From Octopus vulgaris (taxonomy: Eukaryota), in NCBI GenBank assembly GCA_951406725.2, contig OX597822.1, positions 16,244,001 through 16,308,000 of the forward strand: a DNA stretch of 64,000 bases. The letters are read 5' to 3'. The notes below the pieces were generated by a model. The model did no database searches. It was not told where the DNA came from and saw only the letters and a list, made by a program, of their open reading frames with translations. Positions within the stretch are counted from its first letter, which is position 1. The number at the start of each line of letters is the position of its first letter. This document shows positions 41,265 through 55,175 of the stretch, piece after piece. The position numbers and the translations under genes are program-made.

Positions 41265-41446
41265 AATTACCGAAGATATTCTTGTTGCTTATTTTGAGTA
41301 TATATATATATATATGTTCAGCAAAATTTAGATTCAAATGAATATGGTACTTAAGTTAGATGCACCAGAATTCTGTTTGGTGTTATCCATATAAATCCAT
41401 GGGGTGATTATAATCAAAATAAGCAACAAGAATATATATATATATA

Positions 41447-42010
41447 TTGGGTTGTCCGGAAAGTTCGTGCCAATTTATATTAGCTTACCTTTCGACTTAT
41501 TTTAGAACATGTTTGAGTCCATAAAATAAGATTTGACTACACCTCCATTTAGAGCACAGTTTAAGCTATCTTTTCGTGGATGAAGGTTTACGTTCCTATA
41601 ACCTGTGTTAATTCTATAACCCTGTAAAATGGAAGACACGAAATTTCATTTTCGGCACTTGATGCTTTTAGGAACCAGGCAAAAATTGGTGCAGCTCGGC
41701 TGGGATGTGTTACCCCACCCTCCTTATTCACTAGATATTGCTCCTTCGGATTTCCACTTATTCAGATCTCTGCAGAATAGTCTTCAAGGTAAAGATTTCA
41801 ATTCCTTGGATGACGTATAAAGACACCATGATGAATTGTTTGCCATGAAACCACCTCAATTCTGGGAAGAGGGTATTTTCAAGTTAAAGGAAAGATGGAG
41901 ACGCATTATGCAACAAAATGGTTCATATTTGCTTGATTAAAAATTAATGGCAAGTATTTATTGACCTTTTTCTTTTCTTTAAAAATCGGCACGAACTTTT
42001 CGGACAACCC
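41447..42010 (+). mobile_element. Internally deleted mariner (third family), ~565 bp
   Basis: TIRs ttgggttgtccggaaagttcgtgccaattt and aaatcggcacgaacttttcggacaaccc; ORF MEDTKFHFRHLML joined to TRQKLVQLGWDVLPHPPYSLDIAPSDFHLFRSLQ. Confidence 0.92.
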
Positions 42011-43242
42011 GCCCCAGCATGGCCACAGCTCAAGAGCTGAAACTGGAAAACATAAACATAAACATAATATATATATATATAACACAAGTAAATAGAAAAA
42101 CATTAACACATATTTTGGTGCATTGGAAGTTCTATCCTTGTAATTAAATTAAATTTTTATACAAAGTTTGAATTGAAGCGATTTCTTAGACCAAAAGCTA
42201 TTTACGCCTCAACTCCAAATACTTTCGAAATCATGAATATTTCATCGAAAATCTATTGACTTGCCTCGTGTATTCATCTCACTTCGTTCCTATGTATCTC
42301 ATCTTCGCAATTGTTATTAAACATTTAGTCTTACTTACGATTCTGTATCTTTGCTTCTATACAACATTCTCAATGCTCTACCATCAGCACTTCAAACTCA
42401 ATATTAACTGGATTAAAATCAGCAATTAATTCTAAGAGTGTGTGAGGTGTTGCGAAAGCTATAGCCACTCGCCATTGTTCTCTGACTAACACATTTAAAC
42501 AAAAGTATGTGCTTCAGTTGCTTATAAAGGAATTTAACGTATTAGCATTGTTTGCAATATAATGGGTCTGCTTAGGTCAGTGTTTGGATTTCATGGTCCG
42601 CTGTGTAAACCGTACAGAATCATATGTAGCCTTCCATTATTTTGAAATTCGATAAAATACGCACAAGCAATGTAGAAGAGCGTTGTTAAAGATGGATTAG
42701 TATTAAATTGAAATCTGATATAGCATATGTTCTCGTGTCTCAGATACAATTCAACGGCTTCACCGCTGATTAGTTATGTTCTAACGTTCTAATCAAGCAG
42801 AGAAATATCAATGAGAATCTTTAAGAACGATATACTAGTATAACATTACTTCTACATTTATTAACTCGGACATTATGAATAATCAACATGCTCTAAAATC
42901 TTATTAAAGGCGATATTCATATTCTTTCAATGCTCAGAAATTAACTGAATGTCAGGTCATCAACCGTACAAAAAGAAAATAGATCTTTATGATATATTAC
43001 GTTAATATTGCAGCCGTATCCGTGCAACGCTATGAAAGTTAGAAGCACATAAGGTGCAGGTTTACACATTCAGTTCAGAAGAATGATCGGTAAACATATG
43101 GCTACAATTTCGATCCCACTTCTCGGTACCATTTAGAAGATGTTTTCTCAGAATGGAACTAAAAGCCTGAACAGTATTGAATAAAATTTCGTAAAAAAGA
43201 AACTGGAGTTACTAGTTGGGTGAGCCGAATCCAACTGTTTTA

Positions 43243-43341
<99 letters not shown>

Positions 43342-43378
43342 AATAATGATAATAATAATAATGATAATGATAATAATA
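43243..43378. repeat. (TAA)n-(TGA)n microsatellite at the 5' junction of the Dong-like LINE
   Basis: Directly visible. Confidence 0.95.
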
Positions 43379-45261
43379 CATGGGTCCCCGAAACACTAGC
43401 CATTAACAAAGTAGCACCAACAATTATAAAATTCATATGACACTCTATGAATAAATGGCAAACAGTGCTACAGCTCCAAACAAAAGAGGGACTCATGAAA
43501 ACCAAAGCCATCCCCATTAGAAGAGGAATATTCCAGGGAGACACGCTCTCTCCACTCCTTTTCTGCTTGGCACTGTCACCTCCATCTGATATGCTAAATA
43601 GAACTGGATGCGGATATAAATGTTACGGCAAAACGATCAGCCACCTTTTATATATGGATGACCTAAAACTATTCGCTGCAAATGACAAACAGCTGGAAAC
43701 ACTATTAAAGACAGTTCATGGATTTACCAAAGAAATAGATATGAAATTTGGATTAGAAAAATGCGCCAAAGTAACCATGAAAAGAGGAAAACTAGTTAAG
43801 AATAGCAACATCACAGTAGATAAAACCAATGAAATAAAAGAATTAGACCAAAGCCAAACTTACAAATACTTAGGAATCCATGAACTAGATAAGACACAAC
43901 ACACACAAATGAAAGAGAAAATAAAAAAGAATATTATAGACGAGTTAGATCAATACTAAAAACAGAGCTCAATGCTAAAAACAAGATAATAGGTATTAAC
44001 AATTTAGCTGTCCCAGTTATAAGTTACAGCTATAATATCCTTAACTGGACACTAAATGAACTGACCAAAATAGATAGGAAAACAAGAAAAATAATGACAG
44101 GATGTAGGATGCATCACCCAAAATCTGACATAGAAAGACTATATATACAACGTATAGAAGGTGGTAGAGGCCTTATACAGCTGGAAAACTACTATAAAAT
44201 AACCAGCATAGGACTGCAAAAATATCTACTTCAGAAGGAAGAAAAAACTGATACAAATAGCGGCAAGACATGAGCAAAACACAAAAACCGTTCTCAGTAT
44301 TTAAGGAAGCTGACAAATAAAAACAAGAAATCATACCACCTAATAAATATAAAGAAGAAGAAGAAGAAGATGAAAAAAACAACAAAAGCTATAAAACACA
44401 TGAAATCCAAACTAAAAATAGAACAGCAAAGAACCATGATAAAACGATGGCAAGAAGAGCCCCTTCATTGTAAATACTGGACTAAACTAAATGCAAAAGA
44501 AATAAACAAAGAAAAATCCCTTTAATGGTTGAGAAGCTCAGGGCTCAAAGCAAAGACAGAATGATTCTTAACTGCAGCACAAGACCAAAGCCTCCCAACC
44601 AGAAATTACCAAAAACATATGAAAATAAATATAACAAGTAACTGCAGAATATGTGGAGATGGACAAGAAACAATAAATCATATTATCTCTGGCTGCCCTG
44701 TCCCGGCTAAGAAGGAATATATTCACAGACATGACAGAGTTGGAACCTACATACACTGGAAGCTATGCCAACATTATGGAATAACAACAGAAAAAAGATT
44801 GTATAGGCACACACCAGAAAAGGTCACAGAAAACGAGACAGCAACAATACTCTGGGATATGACGATACACACAGATAGAAAAATTAAGGCCAACAGACCA
44901 GATATAGTTGTCAGAGATCATGAAGAAAAAAATGCTTTCTAATTGATATATCAATACCAGCAGATGACAACGTTTCTCTAAAAGAAATGGAGAGACTTTC
45001 AAAATACAAAGACCTGGAAATAGAGGTAACCAGAATGTGGAATCTAAAAACAGAAGCAATTCCTATCAAAGTAGGTTCATTAGGCATGATAAAACAATAT
45101 TCAGACAAATACATAACAAAAACACCAGGACTACAGAAGATTGCACTACTAGGCACTGCACACATCAGAGCATCACAACAAATCACAGCACATACCCAAG
45201 GCACACAGAGCTGCGCTCGGTAGTGAAATGAAAGCACGCTATAAAAATAAAACTACTGAAT
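43377..45261 (+). mobile_element. 5'-truncated R4/Dong-clade RLE LINE
   Basis: RT motifs IFQGDTLSPLLFCLAL and HLLYMDDLKLFA; CCHC CRICGDGQETINHIISGC; RHDRVG, RPDIVVRD and KYKDL endonuclease motifs; short 3' UTR; (TAA)n on both sides; frameshifted. Confidence 0.93.
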
Positions 45262-45273
45262 GATAATAATAAC

Positions 45274-45326
<53 letters not shown>

Positions 45327-45374
45327 TAATAACACTAATAATTATAATAATAATAATAATAACAATAATAACTC

Positions 45375-45419
<45 letters not shown>

Positions 45420-45426
45420 TAATAAC

Positions 45427-45470
<44 letters not shown>

Positions 45471-45496
45471 TAATAATAACAATAATAATAATAATG
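45259..45496. repeat. (TAA)n tract (LINE tail or target)
   Basis: Directly visible. Confidence 0.95.
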
Positions 45497-45782
45497 GACT
45501 TGACAGAGCAAAAAAGTGGTACGAACATAAATCCGAAGGCATCATCGAAAATGATAACGCAAATATTTTATGATTCAGTGTGACCATGAGATAGAGAATA
45601 GGAAACCAGACATAGTGTTAATTGAGAAAGAAAGCAAACGATGCTGGATCATAGATATAGTATGCCCAACTGACAACGAAGTATGCGATAAGAAAAGAAC
45701 GAAAAGCCGATAGATATGACAGGTTAGCTTGGGAGGTTAAGCATTTGTGGTCGCTGCAAAAAGTGGTAGTAGTACCAATAGA
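45495..45782 (+). mobile_element. Fragment of a divergent R4/Dong-like endonuclease region
   Basis: KWYEHKSEG..DHEIENRKPDIVLIEKESKRCWIIDIVCP..YDRLAWEVKHLWSLQKVVVVPI, starting directly at the (TAA)n tract. Confidence 0.75.
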
Positions 45783-45788
45783 GGAAAC

Positions 45789-46338
45789 CGGGACAAGATG
45801 GACCGCTGGGATAAAACGGACCAGCTCCATGGAACTTAACCGCCGTGAACGCTTTGTAATTGAGACCGTCGCGAACGCTTTGTAATTCAAAGTTACTTCC
45901 CTTCGATCTCACGTCCCGAAAAGTTTTATTTTGGCGCCAGTTTTCACGACACTGGAAGAAAAATACTGAAATTCAAGTCTTCAATGTAAGTATTGCTTTC
46001 AAATATATTATGTTAATGAAATAAATACCAACACCTTAGGTTTGCATGGCCTATCACGTTTTGAAACATTTCAAATGTCAATGTTTAAGCAGGAACAGCC
46101 TTGATTTTTCCTCAGCTTTGGATGCAGAGCAGACATTTTTTCAGTTCTATATTTAAGAGATGAGGTATTATGTACATTATTTACATTATTTACATTTGGC
46201 AACAAACAAGATGAGGACAAGTATCCGTCAAATGTAAATAATGTAAATAATGTACATCTGTTTGTTATAACCTGAATGGGGCAAAATGGTCCAAATGGTG
46301 TTGTAGCAAAACGGTCCACTGTCCCGTTTTGCCCCATA
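45789..46338. mobile_element. Non-autonomous DNA transposon with ggg(a/g)caa(g/a)a(t/c)gg terminal and subterminal repeats (pogo-like)
   Basis: Left cgggacaagatggaccg..gggataaaacggacca; right ggggcaaaatggtcc..cggtccactgtcccgttttgcccca; superfamily assignment is inference. Confidence 0.55.
46170..46257. repeat. Perfect 29-bp inverted repeat with 30-nt spacer
   Basis: atgtacattatttacattatttacatttg and caaatgtaaataatgtaaataatgtacat. Confidence 0.9.
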
Positions 46339-47145
46339 TGTGTGCATGTTATTTGTGTGTGTGTGTTTGTGTGTGTGTGCGTGTATGCGTGTGTGTGTAT
46401 TAGTGTGTTTGTGCATTATGCATATGCGTGTTTGTGTGTAACATCAGCATTGCTTCGCAAATCGTCACAAGCGTGGAATATAGTTGTATTTTCGTAGGTG
46501 TTTGCCTGTATCTGGATGCGTCTGTATTTGTGCATAGATGTGGTATGACAGATCCTCTTCCTTTTGCCACAAAGGTAGATTCTAACTTCCGATAAAAAGA
46601 TGAGAATAAAATAATGAAGATACTGAAATATATTCCGGTGCAAATACAATGAAGCAAAGCCACTCAAGGAAGTGAACGAAACGTTTTCCAATCATTGAAT
46701 CATAAAAAGAATAACAAAAATATTTTATAAAGTGTTTCTGTGTTCCACAAAACCTATTTACATTTCATGCAGAATTGTTTCTCATCGTCTTTCAAAAGGA
46801 AACGCATAAAGGCAAAAAAATGGCCGTGAGTAGAATTTTGCTTCCATATTCTGATGAAACATCAACTGACGAAATGTCGAAAATTTCGAACAATCCGAGT
46901 GAAATGGAAAATTGAAAGTTGGTTTGCAATGTCCAAAATAATTTCCTAAACATATGGATATTTCATTTTATATCTTCGATTTTAGAATGTATCATTTGCT
47001 CCGACATAAGTTAACAAATAATTTTACAATTAAAAAGTGACTTAACATCCGGTAAATATATTTCAATGCTTTAACCGCTAGAAAATATAGATTGTCGTAT
47101 TAGTGTTGCGCGTTGTCTTCAAGTGTCATTACTTGCGTTCATTAA

Positions 47146-47525
47146 GGTGGTGAGCTGGCAGAAACGTTAGCGCACTGGGCGAAATGATGTGGTATTTCGT
47201 CTGCCGCTACTTTCTGAGTTCAAATTCCACCGAGGTCAACTTTGCATTTCATCCTTTCGGGGTCGATTAAATAAATACCAGTTACGCACTGGGGTCGATA
47301 TAATCGACTTAATGCGTTTGTCTGTCCTTGTTTGTCCTCTCTGTGTTTAGCCCCTTGTGGGTAGTAAAGAAATAGGTATTTAATCTGCCACTACGTTCTG
47401 AGTTCAAATTGCTTTTCATCCTTTCGGAGTTGATAAATTAAGTGCAAGTTGCATACTGGTGTAGATATAATCGACTGAATCCCTCCCCCAAAATTTCTGA
47501 CCTTGTTCCTAAAGTAGAAAATATT
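47146..47525 (+). mobile_element. SINE family A dimer (full tail-1 copy plus partial tail-2 copy)
   Basis: Head-core-tail1 to ~47373, then ggtattt..ttctgagttcaaatt-core-tail2 (ccttgttcctaaagtagaaa). Confidence 0.85.
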
Positions 47526-48624
47526 ATTTACTCTCAACCATTATCATTACTCCAGTTGATATGATATTCTTCAACTATACAAATATCATTGTCATCATGG
47601 TGAAAAAAAAACCCGCTCTACTCTATAAAGTAAATCATTTGATCGAGTGTTCATCGTCATCAGAAATCTAGAATTTTTCATTTGCCAGTTAACATTTATA
47701 AGTAAAACAAAATAGGCGTAACTTCGTCCCGAACATAGGAGGTTTCTTTATATTTTCATTTATATCACCAAGTGATATACTTTATATATTTTACTCAGTT
47801 TAATATCATAAAATTTCCAAATATCGATGCACAGCAGATTTATTTCATACTTTTTCGCTATTTCGTTTGAATTATTTAAATTTTCATAATAAATATAAAT
47901 ATATTTCTTGTTTTATAGTTTTTCACTTTTAATATGAACACGAATATTTAAATGTGTGCGCTCTTATATATGTGTACTCATGAATGCACATACACATTAC
48001 ACTTAGAAACACATTGCATTGTTGTATGTTTATATATAAATACACAATATATACATTTATGCGTGTGTGTGTGAATTTGCGTATGTACGTACTCACAGAT
48101 AATTCATATATAATGTATCTATCTGTCAACACACGGATACACACACACACACACATATATATATATAGAGAGAGAGAGCTATCTGTTCATCTATCAATCA
48201 ATTTATCTGTCTATCAACATATATATATATATATATATATATATCCACGTATGCGATTTCGTATCACTCTATTATTGTCTCCGTCAAGATGATTGAAACC
48301 ATAGGAACTTACATGTCAAAATGCTGTGATATGTATATAAGTGCAAGTTACTTATTAAACTAAACCGAATTTATTTATGGTTTGAGAAAAAACGAGAACC
48401 CAGTTGACACTAAAAGTTTAATCCATTACATACGCAAATAATTTTAAGCAGTACAAACTGGTAAGTAAAAAACAAAAAAGTTAAAACAACAACGAAAACC
48501 CGTCAGAATAAAACGATTTTTGAAAAGCAATCAACGATAGTATATACTTGTATGGGTTTAAAATATATAAATGCAAATATTTAACTGCAAACCTTACGCT
48601 ATATACATATATAGCGTTTGTTGT

Positions 48625-48820
<196 letters not shown>

Positions 48821-49230
48821 CATGTTTTCTAGAAACTGTCACATTATGTTTCTGTGTTTCTGCCGCCTCATGGGAGACACGTAATTCGTTATAAAAGCGA
48901 CAGATGTGCTAGAATAAAAAAGATCTGTCGAGATAAAATGTTCTATATTTGAAATTGTCCAGAATGAAACAACGTTAAATGCAACATATGCGTACTTAAT
49001 GTTCTAAAAGAACGAACTGTTTCACATCGAAGGTTTTCATCCACTTAAAGTTTGCAATAAGCAATGGAGAGCAGAACTCTTTCTCTTTCTATATTATTGT
49101 AGGTTTACAAGAATTTTCCTGGAAATATTTATATTGTACTCTGGAAATGGAAAGTGCAGTATAATCTGCACATAATATTTTATATATGTGTGTGTATGCT
49201 TGTTTGTGTGTCTATGCATGCATGTGTATG

Positions 49231-49381
<151 letters not shown>

Positions 49382-49480
49382 TTAATAATAAAGGGTAAAA
49401 TTAATTAATTAATTAGTCATTAATAATTCCACCAAGTAGTGTTCAGCATGTTAAAATAACCGTTATCGGTAAACTTAAAC

Positions 49481-49666
49481 ATTACTTTATATAATTATGA
49501 ATATAATTATAATTAAGGTTCACCAAAAAGAATTTGCTTTGCCACATACCGAACTTTTAGAAATAGCAGCCAAAGAACTTAGCTATTTCTAAAATTTCGG
49601 TATGTGGCAAAGCAAATTCTTTTGCTGAAACCTAATTATAATTATACTCATAATTATAAAAGTGAT
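49481..49666. repeat. Fold-back inverted repeat (arms ~85 bp, 14-nt loop)
   Basis: aaaagaatttgctttgccacataccgaacttttagaaatagc and gctatttctaaaatttcggtatgtggcaaagcaaattctttt, plus outer arms. Confidence 0.93.
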
Positions 49667-50991
49667 ATATATATATATATGCATATATGTATATACATAT
49701 ATATATATCCATGTGCAATATTCAGTGATTTGTCGGAGTTGCAACACCGTCAACTACAGCGCTTTATGGTGCATTTTTTTTTCTCTTTGGTTCTCTGCGC
49801 TTTGAGGTTGCAATCACCCTTGTCTTTCATTTTTTCGCTATTGAGGAATATAATATCTGTCATGTACTGGTGTCTATTATTCCACCTGACACTTTTTCTG
49901 ACTTGTGTTATTATTACTGTTTAACATTTGATTACCTCAGCCAACTTTCTACTTTCCAGAATCAGTTCAGATTGATTGGGAGGAAGATTGTGAATGCGTC
50001 TTATGCGTATCAATTTATTTACATAAATACACACGTGCGCGCACACACACTTACACATATGTATATATGTATCTATTTATGTGTATATCTATATATGGAT
50101 AGATAGATAGATGTGTTTGTATGTATGTATTTATATATATATATACTTACACACATATATATATATATACATATGTATGTGTGTATATGTGTGTGTCTGC
50201 CTGTATACCCACATACAAGCACGTAATAGGTGTTCAAATGTTATTGAAATTGAAACATTATGGCGTTCTGCCTGAATTGCATAGAAACTCACTTGAAAAG
50301 GGACGAATACATTCATATTCCGAATTGATTGACTATGAAGGAGATACAATATATCAATCATCAGTCAATCATTTCAGTTGACCATTGCCAGAACGAACGA
50401 AACATAGATGACCATGGAAATAAACGGCTTCGCTAAACTTCCATTGAATTTAGACTCCCTCTTCAGGAACACATCTTACAGCTCACTTTTCAATATTCCC
50501 ATTTATAAACAAGTATTCATATTCACATTGCACTGCATTTGGCTGTATATGTCAGAGTCAACAATGAATATAGTGGTATATACATACATATATATAGATA
50601 CATATATACATGTTTACATATATATACATATGTGTATATATATATATATAGTTAGATGCAAAATTATATGTACATATACACACACATATATATGTATATA
50701 TGTATATGTTTATATGCATATGTATATATATGCATATGTATATATATGCATACATACATATACACATACATGTTTATATTCATATATACATACACGCATA
50801 TATACATATATATATTATATATACATACATATATATATATACGTACACACACACATATATATATATACATATATACATGTATGTATATATATTTATAACT
50901 GCTTCCATATACGTATATGCATCTATGTGTTTCTGTATATATGTATTCATGTCATGTGTGTATTTATATATTTTGGAACACACAAACAGGC

Positions 50992-51077
<86 letters not shown>

Positions 51078-51223
51078 GTAGGTAGGTAGGTAGGTAGGTA
51101 GGTAGGTAGGTAGGTAGGTAGGTAGGTAGGTAGGTAGGTAGGTAGGTAGGTAGGTAGGTAGGTAGGTAGGTAGGTAGGTAGGTAGGTAGGTAGGTAGGTA
51201 GGTAGGTAGGTAGGTAGGTAGGT
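50992..51223. repeat. (GATA)n-(GGTA)n compound microsatellite
   Basis: Directly visible. Confidence 0.97.
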
Positions 51224-52251
51224 GCAAATACATTACTTGCTTTGTCTGAAAATATGAAAGGTGATTTGAGTTAAAACGAAATCATAGCTGAAGGTGAAAA
51301 GCATTACGGTTGACGTAGATATTGTACAGCTTACGGATCTAAGTTTCTATGGTAACTTGAGAGATATAATTGAGTGTCAACCGACCTTTCTATCCTCTTC
51401 TTCCAACAGGATAAATGGAAGCCTTCTTTTTTCAGAGACTCTCATCTAGTAAACCACTACGGGTCCAGCTTAACATGTTATTCACAAGTATTGGACTCTG
51501 CCTATATATAATTCGAATTTTCTTTAGCACACGTAGAATGGGTATTAATTATATTTTTCCATCACTGGACATCGGATTTAAATCACGAATCACTCTTTAC
51601 ATTAACGTGCATTCACACACACGATCCAAAGATAATTAATGCAGTACAGCAAGAGTTTGTCGAAATATTACCGTAATTAAGAGAGCATTATTAATATCTA
51701 AAATAATCATTCGTTAAAAGCTTCAGCGTTTTTGGTTTCGTCGATGAGGATTGATCTCGTTACAGTATTTATGAGATGCAGTTCCCTTCTCTAATCACGC
51801 AATAAATATTCTGAGTATTAAATGCATATTTATGATTTTCGCTGAACGCTGACCTGCATTTGTGGATTAATATTTGCTTGCCAGTGCTTCCTCTTTCGAA
51901 CGAATATTATGGAAAAACATTGCCAGCTGTGTCAGAAACAAACCACTGTTAGGAATAGATATCGTGTTTCCTTCTGTCGATATTCTAATAATGTTTCGCA
52001 GAGTCACTAATGTGTGAATACAGCTAATTATACTTTCGTAAAAGCAGCAGTTTGATATGATTGTGATTATCGCACAAAATTCAGTAAAGGGAATATAGTG
52101 AAGAAGCGTTGGTGTCCCATCTTGTGTTTTGTTTGTTCAATGTTCGCATACAAACAAACAAATACATATATGTGTGTGTGTGTCTATGTATATGTATGTA
52201 CTTGTATATATATATATATACATGTATATGTACACACACGTATACACACGT

Positions 52252-52304
<53 letters not shown>

Positions 52305-52356
52305 TATATATATGCATTTATATACATACCTATATAAATATACGTATATATATATT

Positions 52357-52422
<66 letters not shown>

Positions 52423-53767
52423 GTATACATTTATATAGGTATGTATATAAATGCATTATATATATAGAAATTTATACATATATATATACACATATGTACA
52501 TATAATAGACATGTATTTATGTACGTGTGGGTGCATGCATATATACATTTACACGTACATTATTCGCATATGTATAGTTTGTGTTTGTGACAGAGGGTTT
52601 GTGTGCATATTTTGTACCGCAAATGTGGCTTTGGATTCTCAGACATCGATTACCAAAACTAGAAGTAACAGTAAACAATAAATTAGACGCAAAATTCTTC
52701 TCTGCAACAAAGAATTCCAACTTTAGTTAACGTTTTGTCATTCCCAGAATAAGAATTCTTCAAGTAGTTGCGTTTAAGCCATTTTTGATGTCTACAGAGA
52801 ACTCTGAGTTCCAGTCTCTTTCTTAAAAGTCCAGCAAATCTTCAGCTTCTTCTTCGTCCATTCATCTTTCTTATATCTCACCCTCTCTCTTCCATTCTCT
52901 CTCCCCCCCCTCTCTCTCTCTCCTTAGTATGCTATGAGTACAGGTTTTATAGAACTATATCTAAAGAAAAGCTGTTTTTCTGCATCAGATAAGATTGGTG
53001 GCTTGTCTTTGAGATCTTCAGGACGAATAATAATGTTGTTGAAGATATTCAAAAGGCTTTCCATTTGCATGCTGCATGACGTTTCTTGTATTGAGAGAGC
53101 TCGAATCTACCTAAAACACCACTATTGCAATTTCAGCGGTCTGATTCATTGGGACAACTCAACTAATCCGGCGTACTGCATGCTGTGGTATTAATCTTAT
53201 ACAGTTTGTTATCTAGACTAAATGCTATTCCTGATAATACGCCTCACCATAGACGCACTCTTGCCATATATTTGCCTAATATATAACAGCTTCCATTTCT
53301 AGCAGATCGATCCACCAATAGAGGTGATATGATCTTTTTCTATTCAGATTGTCCTTATTGTGTTGTTTAACAGGCCATTCTAGCCATGACCTATTCCTAT
53401 ATCTAAAACTATCTAGGGGTTCCTTTTTCTCTGTGTATGAAACGAGATGCGTGATTCATAGCGGAATTATAGATTTCTTTTCAGTGTAACAGTTCTTTCT
53501 ATAATCTATCAATCGTACCACGGCAACCCAGAATTTCAGCTTCATATTTCAAATCTGTGTGTCACTGTCCTGATATATACAGGTCAGGTACTTTTACTGA
53601 TTAAGTATCGATTTATTAGACATCGAATCGAACGATCGCTAATAGCTTTAAGCTCAACCACACATGTTTGGAATCTGAAAGTGCAATATAGGTCTGACAA
53701 CGTTTTTATCTTAAGCGCACACAGTTGCATATGTATATGCATGTATGAGTATCTATCTAGTTATCTA

Positions 53768-53826
<59 letters not shown>

Positions 53827-53887
53827 GGAGAGAGAGAGAGAGGGAGGGAGAGAGAAGAGAGAGAGAGTTACAGACAGACAGACAGAC

Positions 53888-53948
<61 letters not shown>

Positions 53949-54201
53949 TAAATTCTTAAACAAGAATATTACTATTAACAGTGACTTCGAAGTTTAGGCC
54001 GGTTAAGTCTACAAAATTATAAAGTCATGAGATTAATGCAAAATTGATTTTATTATAACTGGACAAAAAGAACGAACACACACACACACACACACATACA
54101 CATATATACATACAACGGTGGTGCCCCAGCATGACCTCATCTTTTAAGCTGAAACACTTAAAAGAATTAAAACAAAATATACATACACACACACACGAAC
54201 A

Positions 54202-54269
<68 letters not shown>

Positions 54270-55175
54270 TTATTTATTTATATATATAGGTATGTATATA
54301 TTTATACAGAAGACAATGAAAAGTAGACGTCAAAAACTTATATAAGAAAATAAATTTCAACTTGTCACCAAAACTTTTCACTTATTTATAATTACAAATT
54401 ATCAAAGTGTTTTGCCTTATTCATTCTCTTTTTCCCAGGAGAAGAGAGAAAATGCATAAAATAATTAAACAGATGCTGAAAACAAAAGCAAGAATAGTTA
54501 AAGCTACAGCAGCATTCTAGTTGGGAAACTAGAACTGCCGTCATTTGCAATACGGAAGACAAGTGGGTCATTCATTGCAAAATCAATGGGAAGATTGATT
54601 GCTTTGGCCAATACCCACGCGTATTTCATCGTGACCAGCTACTGGCCATGCAGATAACTTACATTTTCCGGATCCATTGTAACTGTCAACGAAATCTCTA
54701 AAATGATGTCATCTTCAGTTAAATGACGAGAGAGAAGGAAAGGCCACATGACTCCGCTGATACCACATAGGTCTTGTGTCACGACGCATTGGAATTGGTA
54801 AGTGCTCTTAGTAGATGGTATGGTATGTATGCGAGTGTGCGTGTGTGTGTGAGTGTGTGTGTGTGTGTGTTCGTATTTTTGTGTGTGTGTGTGTATACAG
54901 AGGGAGAGAGAGGAGGAACAGAACGGAATTAGAGAGACTATAAAATGAAAATAGTGTCTCAATACAGTCAGTCAACTCGCTAGAAATAACTCCTAATTGA
55001 CTACCACAGGTAACGCTACGGTACAGTTGAAGAAATCCATCACATTGCAACTTCGTGCTCTCCGATTCAGTCACACTGCGTAACATTCTAACCACGTCTT
55101 CTAAAATAGTCCCAGACCGATAGTGACTTTACTAGAAGAAAACTGTCTGGAATATATATGAATACATACGTACAT

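Noticed and set aside
46847-46892. Hammerhead-like CTGATGA-aacat..atgtc-GAAA
   Set aside because: Stem I and stem III/cleavage site are not convincing; may be chance
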